Source: Planctomycetota bacterium (GTDB taxonomy: Bacteria > Planctomycetota > PUPC01). Taken from it: DNA of 30,793 nucleotides. Numbering within the stretch: position 1 is the first letter of the stretch; each line of letters begins with the position of its first letter. Under the pieces are notes generated by a model. That model was not told the DNA's origin. It saw only the letters and a list, made by a program, of their open reading frames with translations, and did not search any database. The position numbers and the translations under genes were made by a program. Below are positions 8,434 through 16,878 of this stretch, in pieces. Where the stretch lies: positions 1-30,793 of the forward strand of contig JAWODX010000614.1 in assembly GCA_046483085.1 (NCBI GenBank). Reading direction: 5' to 3'.

Positions 8434-8462
8434 TGCACACGGGAAGGCCTGCCTGATATAAT
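8434..8462 (+). promoter_or_regulatory. sigma70-type promoter (extended -10) for the MBL hydrolase
   Basis: TGCACA (8434-8439), 17-bp spacer, TG-A-TATAAT (8454-8462). Confidence 0.55.
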
Positions 8463-8467
8463 CACGG

Positions 8468-9400
8468 GTGTCCGGCATCGGAGCCGGGCGCTCGCTCGTC
8501 TCTTGTCGTGAGGGGGATGCCACGAAGGCCAGAGGTTTTCCACACGTCGGGGCGTCGTCGGGCTGCCGGTGGTTTGCGTTGCTGGCGGTTCTCGCGTGTC
8601 TGACGGCGCCGGTCGCCCGAGGAGCCGAGCGGGAGCCGGAGCCGACCAGGCCGGTCACCGTGACGGTCGTCTACGACAACAATCCCGACAAGCAGGGGCT
8701 GGCGACCGACTGGGGATTCGCGTGCGTCGTCCGCGGGCTGGAGAAAACGATCCTGTTCGACACGGGCGCGAAGGGGGAGCTCCTGCTCCGCAATATGAAG
8801 AAGCTGGACGTGACGCCGGGCGAGATCGACGCCGTCGTGCTGTCCCACATCCACGGCGACCACGTCGGCGGGCTGGACGAGTTCCTCGAGCGGAACAGCG
8901 ACGTGACGGTCGTCCTACCGGCCGCGTTTCCCACCCGCTTCAAGCTCCGGGTGCGCCGGGCCGGGGCGAAGATCGTGCAGACCCTCGCGCCGCACGAGGT
9001 CTGCCCAGGGGCACGAACCACGCGCGTCCTCGGCGGGGGCATCCGCGAGCAGGGGCTGTGTGTGCAGACGCCCGAGGGGCCCCTGGTGATCACGGGCTGC
9101 GCCCACCCGGGGGTGGTCGCGATCACGAAGGCGGCGGTGCTCGACCGGAAGCAGCCGGTCCGCGCCGTGCTCGGTGGGTTCCACATGCGGCATGCCCCGC
9201 GGCGCGAGATCGCCGGCGTGATCCGGGCGCTGGCGAAGCTCGGCGTGAGGAAGGCCGGGCCGTGCCACTGCTCGGGCGACGAGACCCGGGCGATGATGAA
9301 GAAGGCGTTCGGCGGCGGCTACCTGTCGGTCGGCGTCGGCAGCGAGATCCGGTTCGCCGAGTCGGAAGACGAGGCGGACGATCAACCGGTGGGCGACTGA
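8468..9400 (+). CDS. Metallo-beta-lactamase-fold hydrolase (COG1237-like); start uncertain
   Basis: 'VVYDNN', 'ILFDTG', 'LSHIHGDHVGGL' (HxHxDH), 'ITGCAHPG', 'GGFHM', 'PCHCSG'; signal-like segment 'WFALLAVLACLTAPVARGA'. Confidence 0.85.
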   Translation: MSGIGAGRSLVSCREGDATKARGFPHVGASSGCRWFALLAVLACLTAPVARGAEREPEPTRPVTVTVVYDNNPDKQGLATDWGFACVVRGLEKTILFDTGAKGELLLRNMKKLDVTPGEIDAVVLSHIHGDHVGGLDEFLERNSDVTVVLPAAFPTRFKLRVRRAGAKIVQTLAPHEVCPGARTTRVLGGGIREQGLCVQTPEGPLVITGCAHPGVVAITKAAVLDRKQPVRAVLGGFHMRHAPRREIAGVIRALAKLGVRKAGPCHCSGDETRAMMKKAFGGGYLSVGVGSEIRFAESEDEADDQPVGD

Positions 9401-9589
9401 TGGGGTTCTTTCCTCCACCGCCCCACCGCCCCACAGCCCCCGGCATCGAAGAAGGAGAGAACCAGGGGACAACACAGGAAGCGAGATGAACTCCGGGAGG
9501 AGGGGGAGCCATGAGGCGGGGGCACGGACGGACGTTCCCCCGCCTCAGCCAGAGCCACGAGCAACCTGTCCGCCAGAGCAACCAGCAGG

Positions 9590-11041
9590 CTATCCGCCAG
9601 ACCTGCCGGGAGGCTGTCCGGAAGGGGAGGATGCCGGAGATTCTTTCGGGGAGGGCAGGGGGAGTTGGACGGTGAAGACGGTGCCGCAGTCGCCGTTGGG
9701 CCGGGCGTCGATGGAGCCGTCGTGCAGGTCGACGATCCGCTTGCAGATGGCGAGCCCGAGCCCGGTCCCCTCTCGGAACCACTCCTTGGCGTTCTGGGCG
9801 CGGTAGAACTCGTCGAAGATTTTGCCGGCGGCCTTTTTGCTGATCCCGATGCCGGTGTCGGCGACGGCGAGCCGGGCTTGGTGGTCGCGCCGTTCGAGCG
9901 TGACGTCGATCCGCCCGCCGGACGGCGTGTACTGGATGGCGTTGGCGACGAGGTTGGTGACGAGCTCGCGGAGGAGTTCTTCGTTGCCGGGGACGGAGAG
10001 GGGTTGGCAGGTGCAGGTCAGGTCGAGCCCGGCGGCGCGGGCGCGCTGCTTCATCAGCTCGACGGTGCCGGCCGCGACGGCGCCGAGGTCGACGGGCTCG
10101 GGGCGGAACACCTCCTCGGCGGCGCGGAGCCGGGAGTAGCGGAGCAGGTCATTGACGAGTTCCATCATCCCCTGGCAGCGCTGCTTGGCGCGGTCGATCA
10201 GCGAGCTGCGGCGGGGGCCGAGGTCGTCGCTGATGTGGGCGAGTGCGTCGAGGATGCTGTGGATGGCGCCGAGCGGCGCGCGCATTTCGTGCCCGGCCTT
10301 GCGCATGAAAAAGCTCTTCGTCCGGTCGGCGGCGCCGAGTTGGTGGTAGGCGTCTTCGAGTTCGGCCTCGCGCTGTCGGAGCCGGGCGGCGATGGTCGAG
10401 GCGACGAAGACGAGGGCGAAGATGGTGACGGTCAGCGCCGCGGTCACGTGCAGCACGTAGAGCGGGTCGGCGAACCGGTCGGCGCCGGCGGCCGCGCCCC
10501 GGCCGGCGAGCTCGACCCGGACGTGGGGGAGGATGCCCTGCTGCTCGCCCCAGGCGACGACGTTGAGCATGAGCGCGGCGACGCCCGCCGTGGCGTAGGC
10601 GACGCGCTGCGGCAGCAGCTCGGTGACGATGACGACCGGGACGAGGATGAGGATGGCGAAGAAGTTCTCGACCCCGCCGGTCCGATGGATGAGGAGCGAG
10701 ATGGCGATGAGGTCGCAGACGAGCTGGAGCAGGCCGATCGACTCGGTCAGCCGCCGGGTGATCCGCCGGCGGGCGCGGATCACGCGCACGACGAGGCTGA
10801 AGACGGCGTTGTAGAGGAAGAGGAAGAAGACGACGTGGACGGCGGGCGCGACGGTCAGCCGCTCGCCGACCCGGAACCGGATGTCCAGGCCGTACCAACT
10901 GACGAGCAGCAGCAAGAGGCAGAAGAGGCCGAACACCCACCGGACCTGGGTGAACCACCGCAGCCGGTCGAACAGCTCGCGGTCGGTGATGCTGAGCCGG
11001 CCGTCGCTCGGCGTGGACGCGCTCTCGGGTGTGTCGGACAT
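9590..11041 (-). CDS. Membrane-bound sensor histidine kinase (about 6 TM, HisKA plus HATPase_c)
   Basis: H-box 'AGHEMRAPL', N-box 'NLVANAIQY', G1 'DTGIGI', F 'IFDEFYR', G2 'GTGLGLAI'. Start placed at ATG 11041. Confidence 0.92.
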   Translation of the reverse strand: MSDTPESASTPSDGRLSITDRELFDRLRWFTQVRWVFGLFCLLLLLVSWYGLDIRFRVGERLTVAPAVHVVFFLFLYNAVFSLVVRVIRARRRITRRLTESIGLLQLVCDLIAISLLIHRTGGVENFFAILILVPVVIVTELLPQRVAYATAGVAALMLNVVAWGEQQGILPHVRVELAGRGAAAGADRFADPLYVLHVTAALTVTIFALVFVASTIAARLRQREAELEDAYHQLGAADRTKSFFMRKAGHEMRAPLGAIHSILDALAHISDDLGPRRSSLIDRAKQRCQGMMELVNDLLRYSRLRAAEEVFRPEPVDLGAVAAGTVELMKQRARAAGLDLTCTCQPLSVPGNEELLRELVTNLVANAIQYTPSGGRIDVTLERRDHQARLAVADTGIGISKKAAGKIFDEFYRAQNAKEWFREGTGLGLAICKRIVDLHDGSIDARPNGDCGTVFTVQLPLPSPKESPASSPSGQPPGRSGG

Positions 11042-11051
11042 GGTGGGCCCA

Positions 11052-11060
11052 ATCATACCA
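11052..11060 (-). promoter_or_regulatory. Extended -10 element for the histidine kinase
   Basis: Minus strand TG-G-TATGAT ending 10 nt before ATG 11041; no SD visible. Confidence 0.4.
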
Positions 11061-11119
11061 TGTGGTCCGGCGGGGCGCGCAAAGAAAATCGGTTCGGGCG
11101 GCGCGCGGTCGGGGCCGAG

Positions 11120-11141
11120 AATTGTGAAAAATTTCGCAATT
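11120..11141. promoter_or_regulatory. Palindromic operator, Rex-box/CRP-like
   Basis: AATTGTGAAAAATTTCGCAATT; core TTGTGAA-N4-TTCGCAA is one mismatch from the Rex consensus TTGTGAA-N4-TTCACAA. Confidence 0.65.
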
Positions 11142-11145
11142 CCCC

Positions 11146-11174
11146 TTGACGCACCCCGGCCCCGTCCGTATAGT
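11146..11174 (+). promoter_or_regulatory. sigma70 promoter of the hydrogenase operon
   Basis: TTGACG (11146-11151), 17-bp spacer, TATAGT (11169-11174). Confidence 0.8.
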
Positions 11175-11349
11175 ACGCCCAATCAACAAGCTGGATCGGC
11201 AGGAGTCGCGGGCGGGCGCGAGCGGAACGACCGATGCCGACCCGCTCCTGCCGGAGACAATCGGGTTCCGTACGACGCGGTAAGAGGGGCAGCGGAGCAA
11301 GTCGCGCCCCTCGGTTCGTTGTGCCTGTTCATCTATGGGAGGCGGGCAC

Positions 11350-12393
11350 GTGACCACGTACTGCCTGGACCCGCAGCAGCTGGCCGACGCTCTGGCCGAG
11401 AAAGAGGGGATCGTCACATTCGCGCCCGTCCCCACCGAGGGGATGAGCTGGCTGGGGATCGGCGTGGCGGAGCCGGACCCGTCGGCGCTCCGCGAACCGC
11501 GCAGCGCCCAGAGCCCCAAGGGCGCCGTCTTCCCCGCCTCGGAATCCGTCGGCCGCTACGGCCCGAAGGCCGGGACCGCCACCGACACGCTCCCCAAGTC
11601 CATCGTCCTCGTCGGCGTGCGCGCCTGCGAACTCCGCGCCATCCGCTACCTCGACCGCGTGCTGCTGGAGGGCGATTTCGAGGACCCGCCTTACCGCCGG
11701 CGCCGCGAGGCGACGACCCTCGTCGCCTGCGACTGCACCGGGCTGGCCGAGACCTGCGCCTGCACCCTCGTCGGAGGGCAGCCGTATCCCAACGAGGGCT
11801 ACGACGTCAACCTCACCCCGCTCGACGACCGGTTCCTCGTCGAGGTCGCCACCCCGAAGGGCGAGGCCTGGCTCGAGAGCGTCGGGCTCACCGATCTGGC
11901 CGAGGCCGGCGAAGACGAGCTGGCCCGGCGGGACGAGCAGCGGGCCGAAGTCGCCCGCCGCGTCGAGGAGCAGAACGCTGAGTTCGAGGTCCGCGCGTCG
12001 GACGACACGCCGGCGCCCCTGCCGGACGACGCCGCCGAGAGCTGGAACCGGTTCGCCGCCGACTGTGTCGAGTGCGGCGCCTGCACGCACATCTGCCCCA
12101 CCTGCCACTGCTTCTACCTCTACGACCAGGCGCTGGGGCCGGAGGAATTCGAGCGGCTGAAGACCTGGGACAGTTGCCTGTGGAGCACGTACCACCGGAT
12201 GGCGGGCGGCGCGGGCATGAAGCTCAGCCCGCGCCCGCGGCTGGCCAGCCGGCTGGCCAACCGCGTGCTGCACAAGTTCGTCTATTCGCCCCAGCAATAC
12301 GAGCTCCTGGGCTGCGTGGGCTGCGGCCGGTGTGTCGACGCCTGCCCCGGGGCCATTGACATTCGCGAGGTGGTAAGGGAACTGGCCGAATGA
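11350..12393 (+). CDS. AsrA/HydB (sulfhydrogenase beta)-like 4Fe-4S protein
   Basis: GTG start after GGAGG. 'GVRACELRAI', 'CVECGACTHICPTCHCF', 'WDSC', 'CVGCGRCVDACP'. Confidence 0.88.
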   Translation: MTTYCLDPQQLADALAEKEGIVTFAPVPTEGMSWLGIGVAEPDPSALREPRSAQSPKGAVFPASESVGRYGPKAGTATDTLPKSIVLVGVRACELRAIRYLDRVLLEGDFEDPPYRRRREATTLVACDCTGLAETCACTLVGGQPYPNEGYDVNLTPLDDRFLVEVATPKGEAWLESVGLTDLAEAGEDELARRDEQRAEVARRVEEQNAEFEVRASDDTPAPLPDDAAESWNRFAADCVECGACTHICPTCHCFYLYDQALGPEEFERLKTWDSCLWSTYHRMAGGAGMKLSPRPRLASRLANRVLHKFVYSPQQYELLGCVGCGRCVDACPGAIDIREVVRELAE

Positions 12394-13208
12394 CTGCGGA
12401 AGAGTCGTACCTGCCGACGCCGGCGGAGCTGGTCGAGGTGATCGACGAGACGCCGACGATCCGGACGCTGATCGTCGAGCCCGAGGAGCCGCTCGAATTC
12501 AAGGCCGGCCAGTTCGTCCAACTGACCGTCCCCGGCCGCGGCGAGGCGCCGTTCACCCCGTCCAGCTCCCCCAGCCAGCCCGACCGTATCGCCGTCACCG
12601 TCCTGCGCACCGGGAAGATCACCGACGAGCTGCACGAGGCGAGCGTCGGCGAGACGCTGGGCATCCGGGGGCCGTTTGGCAAGGGGTACCCGCTGGAGAA
12701 GCTGCCGGGGAAGGACGTGCTGATCGTGGGCGGCGGGGTCGGCCTGGCGCCGCTCCGCGCCCTCATCTTCGCCCTGCTCGAAGACCTGAGCGAGATCCCC
12801 CGCGTCAGCATCAAGTACGGCGCCCGCTGCATGGAGGAGCTGCTCTTCAACGACCAGTACGACGGGTGGGCGGAGCACCCGAAGGTCGACTTCACCTGCA
12901 CGATCGACCGGCCGCAGGAGGGCTGGACCGGGCGGACCGGGGTCGTCACCACCCTGCTCAAGGGGGTCGACGTCCACATCGGCAACTGCCTGTCGTTCGT
13001 GTGCGGGCCGAGCATCATGCTCAAGTTCACCACGATGGCCCTGGAAGAGGAGGGCTTTGCGCCGGAGCAGATCTACCTGTCGATGAACCGGCGGATGTCT
13101 TGCGGAAAGGGACTTTGCGGCCGCTGCAACATCGGGCCGTATTACCTGTGTAAAGACGGACCGGACATCAACTACGCGCTGATCAAGGGCTACCCCAACG
13201 TGTTCTAG
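12390..13208 (+). CDS. AsrB/HydG (sulfhydrogenase gamma, PyrK-like) FAD/NAD(P)-binding 2Fe-2S subunit
   Basis: 'FKAGQFVQL', 'GIRGPFGKGY', 'VGGGVGLAPL', 'CGPSIM', 'MSCGKGLCGRC...CKDGP'; ATGA overlap with the upstream gene. Confidence 0.92.
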   Translation: MTAEESYLPTPAELVEVIDETPTIRTLIVEPEEPLEFKAGQFVQLTVPGRGEAPFTPSSSPSQPDRIAVTVLRTGKITDELHEASVGETLGIRGPFGKGYPLEKLPGKDVLIVGGGVGLAPLRALIFALLEDLSEIPRVSIKYGARCMEELLFNDQYDGWAEHPKVDFTCTIDRPQEGWTGRTGVVTTLLKGVDVHIGNCLSFVCGPSIMLKFTTMALEEEGFAPEQIYLSMNRRMSCGKGLCGRCNIGPYYLCKDGPDINYALIKGYPNVF

Positions 13209-13280
13209 CCGCGTGAGCCGGGCCGGGCGCCGCGTCGGTCGCTCGCCCGGGTCCCCCTGGTCGACGCCGGGAAAAGCCCC

Positions 13281-14900
13281 GTGCCTGGAGCCGAAGAAAG
13301 CCGTGACGTCCGCAGTCGATGCGTCCTCTGCCCCGCCGGCTGCGAGCTCGGGCTCGCCCCGAGCGGGCCGGACCGGTGGCGGACCGCGTACCCCCTGACC
13401 GACGACGCCGGGCTCTGTGCCCGCGGCTCCGTCGTCGGCGAGCTGCTCGGCCATCGCCGCCGCATCCTCGACCCCGCCGTCCACGAGGACGGATCGCGCC
13501 GCCGCGTCGGCCCCGACGACGCCCTGCGAGCGGTCCTCGACGCCGCCGGCGAGAAGACCCTGACCGTGCTGCTCGACGGCAACCTCCCGTGCGAGCAACT
13601 GGCCGAGGCCGTCGCCCGGCTCGACGCCTGGCCCGCCGGGCGCCTCTGCCTGGTCGTCGAACCCGTCGACCGCGAGCTCCTGCTCGGCACCGAGGAGAGC
13701 GGCGCCGACTACCTGCGGAACGACGGGCTGGCCGACTGCGACGGGTTCCTCCTCGTCGGGGACGTGTTCGCCGCGAACCCGCTGTGTGCGCGGCCCGTGC
13801 TCGACCGGCACCGGGCCGAGCCGAGGACGCCGATCGCCGCGCTGGACCCGGCCGGCGGGGCGGTCGTGAAATTCGCCTCGCACCGGGTCGACGTCGCCCC
13901 GGGCGGCGAGCTGGCCGCGCTCCGGGCGCTGGCGGCGGCCGCCGGGCTGAATGTCGACGCGCCGGACGTCCCCTCGGCCGCCGCGGCCGGGGCGGCCCTC
14001 GCCGACTGCGAGCGGCTGGGCGTCCTGCTCGCCGCCGAGTGCGCGCGGACCGACAACTGGCGCGCCATCGGCCGGCTGGCCGGCGACCTGGCGAAGGCCC
14101 GCGGCGGCGGCGTCGCCGTCCAGACGAACGGCGCGAACGCGCTGGCCGCCGTGCGCGTCGAGGCGGCGGAAGGGACGATCCCGCTGGCCGACGCGCTGGC
14201 CGACGAGAGCGACGTCAAGGTCGCCGTGGGCTGCGACGTCGTCGGGATGCTGGGGCGGGACGACGTTGCCGTCGCCGCCGCGGCCGCCGCCCTGCCGAAC
14301 CGGACGACGCAGGCGGCGGGGATTGTGCTCCCGCTCGCACTCCCCGGCGAGTACGGCGGCACGTATCTGCTCGACGGGGCGCGGCCGGCGGAGGTCGGGC
14401 CGCTCATCGACCCGCCGGCGGGGATCGAGACCGCCGCCGCGCTCGTGGCGGCACTGGCCCGCGCCGCGGGAGCGGCCGAGCCGGCGCCCCGGACGCAGGA
14501 CATCGTGCCCGGCCGCGTGGCCGGCGGGGACGCGCCGGCCGAGACGCCCGCCGCCGAGCACGCCTCGCTCGTCCTCGTCCTGGCGCGCCGGGCGGCGGAC
14601 GGCGGGTGCGGCGCGCTGACGGGCCACGCGAGCTGGCGGACGTCGGTCGATCCGCTGCCCGAGCTGGCGATGGCGCCCGACGACGCCGAGCAGGCCGGCC
14701 TGTCGAACGCGGCGGAGGTGACCGTCGAGACCGACCGCGGGCAGCTCCGGGCGCGGGTGCGCCTGGCGCCCGAGGTGCGGCCCGGGGTGTGTGTGCTGCC
14801 CGAGGGGCTGCCGGCCGCCCGGGCGCTCGTCTCGTCGGAACTCGATCCGGACCACCATCGCGTCGTGGCGCCACCGCGACCTGTCACAGTGAGCGAATAG
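13281..14900 (+). CDS. Divergent molybdopterin-oxidoreductase (FdhF/NuoG-like) homologue lacking the Mo-ligand motif
   Basis: N-terminal 4Fe-4S motif 'CVLCPAGC...LCARG'; 'LADCDGFLLVG...NP'; 'LPLALPGEYGGTY'; C-terminal molybdopterin-dinucleotide-like domain 'MAPDDAEQAGLSNAAEVTVETDRGQLRARVRLAPEVRPGVCVLP'. Confidence 0.75.
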   Translation: MPGAEESRDVRSRCVLCPAGCELGLAPSGPDRWRTAYPLTDDAGLCARGSVVGELLGHRRRILDPAVHEDGSRRRVGPDDALRAVLDAAGEKTLTVLLDGNLPCEQLAEAVARLDAWPAGRLCLVVEPVDRELLLGTEESGADYLRNDGLADCDGFLLVGDVFAANPLCARPVLDRHRAEPRTPIAALDPAGGAVVKFASHRVDVAPGGELAALRALAAAAGLNVDAPDVPSAAAAGAALADCERLGVLLAAECARTDNWRAIGRLAGDLAKARGGGVAVQTNGANALAAVRVEAAEGTIPLADALADESDVKVAVGCDVVGMLGRDDVAVAAAAAALPNRTTQAAGIVLPLALPGEYGGTYLLDGARPAEVGPLIDPPAGIETAAALVAALARAAGAAEPAPRTQDIVPGRVAGGDAPAETPAAEHASLVLVLARRAADGGCGALTGHASWRTSVDPLPELAMAPDDAEQAGLSNAAEVTVETDRGQLRARVRLAPEVRPGVCVLPEGLPAARALVSSELDPDHHRVVAPPRPVTVSE

Positions 14901-14901
14901 G

Positions 14902-15447
14902 ATGCCGACCCAGGAGCAGGAGACGATCGAGAAACGCGTGTTCGTGGACATGGACCGCTGCATCGAGTGCGGGTCGTGTGCGGCGGCGTGTTACTACAGC
15001 CACGCGGACATGCCCGCGGTGCAGCAGGCGCGGGCCGGCTGGGCGCTGCTCCCGGTGATCTGCCGGCAGTGCAAGTCGGCCCCGTGCGTCGACGTCTGCC
15101 CGGCGGAGGCGATGGTCCGGGACGACCAGGGGGTCGTGCGCCGGCGGCTGTTCCGCTGCATCGGCTGCGGGTCGTGCGCCCGGGCGTGTCCGTTCGGGGT
15201 GATCACGACGACGCTGGGGGGGACGCCGGTGGCGTGGAAGAGCCCGGACCGGCTGACCGGGCACCAAGTGGCGAAGTGTGACCTGTGCGCGGACCGCCTG
15301 TCGGAGCATCCGGACGCGGTCCCCCGGTGTGTGGCGGCGTGCCCGGCGGGGGCGCTCGTGTTTGTCGACGCCCGCGCGGCGCCGGCGGAAGGGATCAAGG
15401 TGGTGGGCGGCCGGACCGCCGCCGAGGACTTCTACAAACGCAGGTGA
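14902..15447 (+). CDS. HycB/HyfA/CooF-like 4x[4Fe-4S] electron-transfer protein
   Basis: 'CIECGSCAAAC', 'CRQCKSAPCVDVCP', 'CIGCGSCARACP', 'KCDLC...PRCVAACP'. Confidence 0.9.
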   Translation: MPTQEQETIEKRVFVDMDRCIECGSCAAACYYSHADMPAVQQARAGWALLPVICRQCKSAPCVDVCPAEAMVRDDQGVVRRRLFRCIGCGSCARACPFGVITTTLGGTPVAWKSPDRLTGHQVAKCDLCADRLSEHPDAVPRCVAACPAGALVFVDARAAPAEGIKVVGGRTAAEDFYKRR

Positions 15448-15451
15448 GCCA

Positions 15452-16402
15452 ATGGACGTGCCCTGGGCGTTGATTGCGTTTCTGGCCGCCGGCGCCGGGA
15501 CCCTCGTGCTCGGGCTCCTGCTCCGGTGGCTGGACCGGAAAGTGACGGCGCGGGTCCAGTGGCGGAAGGGCCCGCCGATCTACCAGACGTTCGCCGACGT
15601 GATCAAGCTGCTGGGCAAGGAGAACCTCATGCCGGCGAACGCGCGGGGGACGGGCTTCCTGCTCGCCCCGGTGCTCGCCCTGGCGGCGACGGCGGTGGCG
15701 GCGACGCTCCTGTGGACCGCGCTGCTCAGCCCGGGCACCACGTTCCTCGGCGACCTGATCGTGGTGATCTACTTCCTGGCCGTGCCCGCCATCATGACCA
15801 TCGTGGGCGGCGGGGCGAGCGGGAACCCGCACGCCTCGGTCGGCGCCAGCCGCGAGATCAAGCTGCTGATGAGCTATGAGCTGCCGCTGTTCATCGTCAT
15901 CCTGGTGGCGGTGGCTCACAGCGGCTGGACGTTCCAGCTCGGCGGGCTGCTCGCCGCCCAGCAGGCGGGCGCGCCGGTCGTCTTCCGCCTGTCCGGCGTG
16001 CTGGCCCTGGTCGTGGCGATCGTGTGCATGCAGGCGAAGCTGGGGCAGGTCCCGTTCGACCTGGCCGAGGCGGAGTGCGAGATCATGTCCGGGGTGTACG
16101 TCGAGTACTCCGGCCCGTCGCTCGCGTTCTGGATGATGACGCGGGCGATGCTGCTCGCCGTGATGCCGCTGTTGCTGATCATCGTGTTCTGGGGCGGGCT
16201 GACCCCGACGGTCCTCGGTGTGCTGGCGTTCGTGGGGAAGTACGTCCTGCTGGTGGCGCTGGTCACGTTGATCCGGAACACGAATCCGCGGCTGCGGATC
16301 GACCAGACGGTGCGGTTCTTCTGGTTCGTGCTCACCCCGCTCGCCGTGGTCACCATCCTGCTGGCGCTGATCGGGCAGGGGAAGGAGCTGCCGTGGCTGT
16401 GA
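15452..16402 (+). CDS. NuoH/HycD/MbhM-like membrane subunit
   Basis: 'DRKVTARVQWRKGPP..Q.FADVIKLLGKE', 'GASREIKLLMSYE', 'PFDLAEAECEIMSGVYVEYSG', 'PRLRIDQ'. Start at ATG 15452. Confidence 0.92.
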   Translation: MDVPWALIAFLAAGAGTLVLGLLLRWLDRKVTARVQWRKGPPIYQTFADVIKLLGKENLMPANARGTGFLLAPVLALAATAVAATLLWTALLSPGTTFLGDLIVVIYFLAVPAIMTIVGGGASGNPHASVGASREIKLLMSYELPLFIVILVAVAHSGWTFQLGGLLAAQQAGAPVVFRLSGVLALVVAIVCMQAKLGQVPFDLAEAECEIMSGVYVEYSGPSLAFWMMTRAMLLAVMPLLLIIVFWGGLTPTVLGVLAFVGKYVLLVALVTLIRNTNPRLRIDQTVRFFWFVLTPLAVVTILLALIGQGKELPWL

Positions 16403-16854
16403 AGACCTGGTGCCGGGAGCTGTGGAAGCGGGCGTTCGCCAAGTCGCTCTGGGTGTATCACGTGAACACCGGTGCGTGCAACAACTGCGACATCGAGGTG
16501 CTCGAGCTGCTCACGCCGCGCTACGACGTCGAGCGGTTCGGGATGGTGCTCGTCGGCTCGCCCCGGCACGCCGACGTGCTCGCCGTCACCGGGTCCTGCA
16601 CCCGGCAGGCGATGCCCCGGCTGCAGGAGGTCTACATGCAGACGGCGAAGCCCTGCGCCGTGCTGGCCATCGGGTCGTGCGCCCTGCACCAGGGCATCTT
16701 CGCCGAGGGATACCACATGGGCGCGACGGTCGACGAGACGATCAAAGCGGTCGACCCGAATGCGATCATCATGTACGTGCCCGGCTGCCCGCCGAAGCCG
16801 GAGGCGATGATCTCGGCCGCCGCCCAGGCGATGGAACTGATCAAGACGTTGTAG
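16393..16854 (+). CDS. [NiFe]-hydrogenase small subunit (HycG/MbhJ/NuoB-like)
   Basis: 'TGACNNCDIEV', 'YDVERFG', 'SPRHADVLAVTG', 'GSCA', 'PGCPPKPEA'. GTG start at 16393 (SD AAGGAG) or 16399. Confidence 0.92.
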   Translation: MAVKTWCRELWKRAFAKSLWVYHVNTGACNNCDIEVLELLTPRYDVERFGMVLVGSPRHADVLAVTGSCTRQAMPRLQEVYMQTAKPCAVLAIGSCALHQGIFAEGYHMGATVDETIKAVDPNAIIMYVPGCPPKPEAMISAAAQAMELIKTL

Positions 16855-16878
16855 AGGGAGGACGGAGGACATCCGACG

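Noticed and set aside
9401-9589. Possible small ORFs (ATG 9486 or about 9512 after GGAGG-like runs) and CCCCACCG repeats between convergent genes
   Set aside because: They run antisense into the kinase 3' end, have no motif, and the repeats are too short to support a call.
11350-13208. Calling this an anaerobic sulfite reductase (asrABC) or soluble sulfhydrogenase
   Set aside because: There is no siroheme AsrC and no group 3b HydA/HydD; the only catalytic subunit is the group 4 large subunit.
13281-14900. Selenocysteine readthrough or SECIS in the FdhF-like gene
   Set aside because: No in-frame TGA in the ORF.
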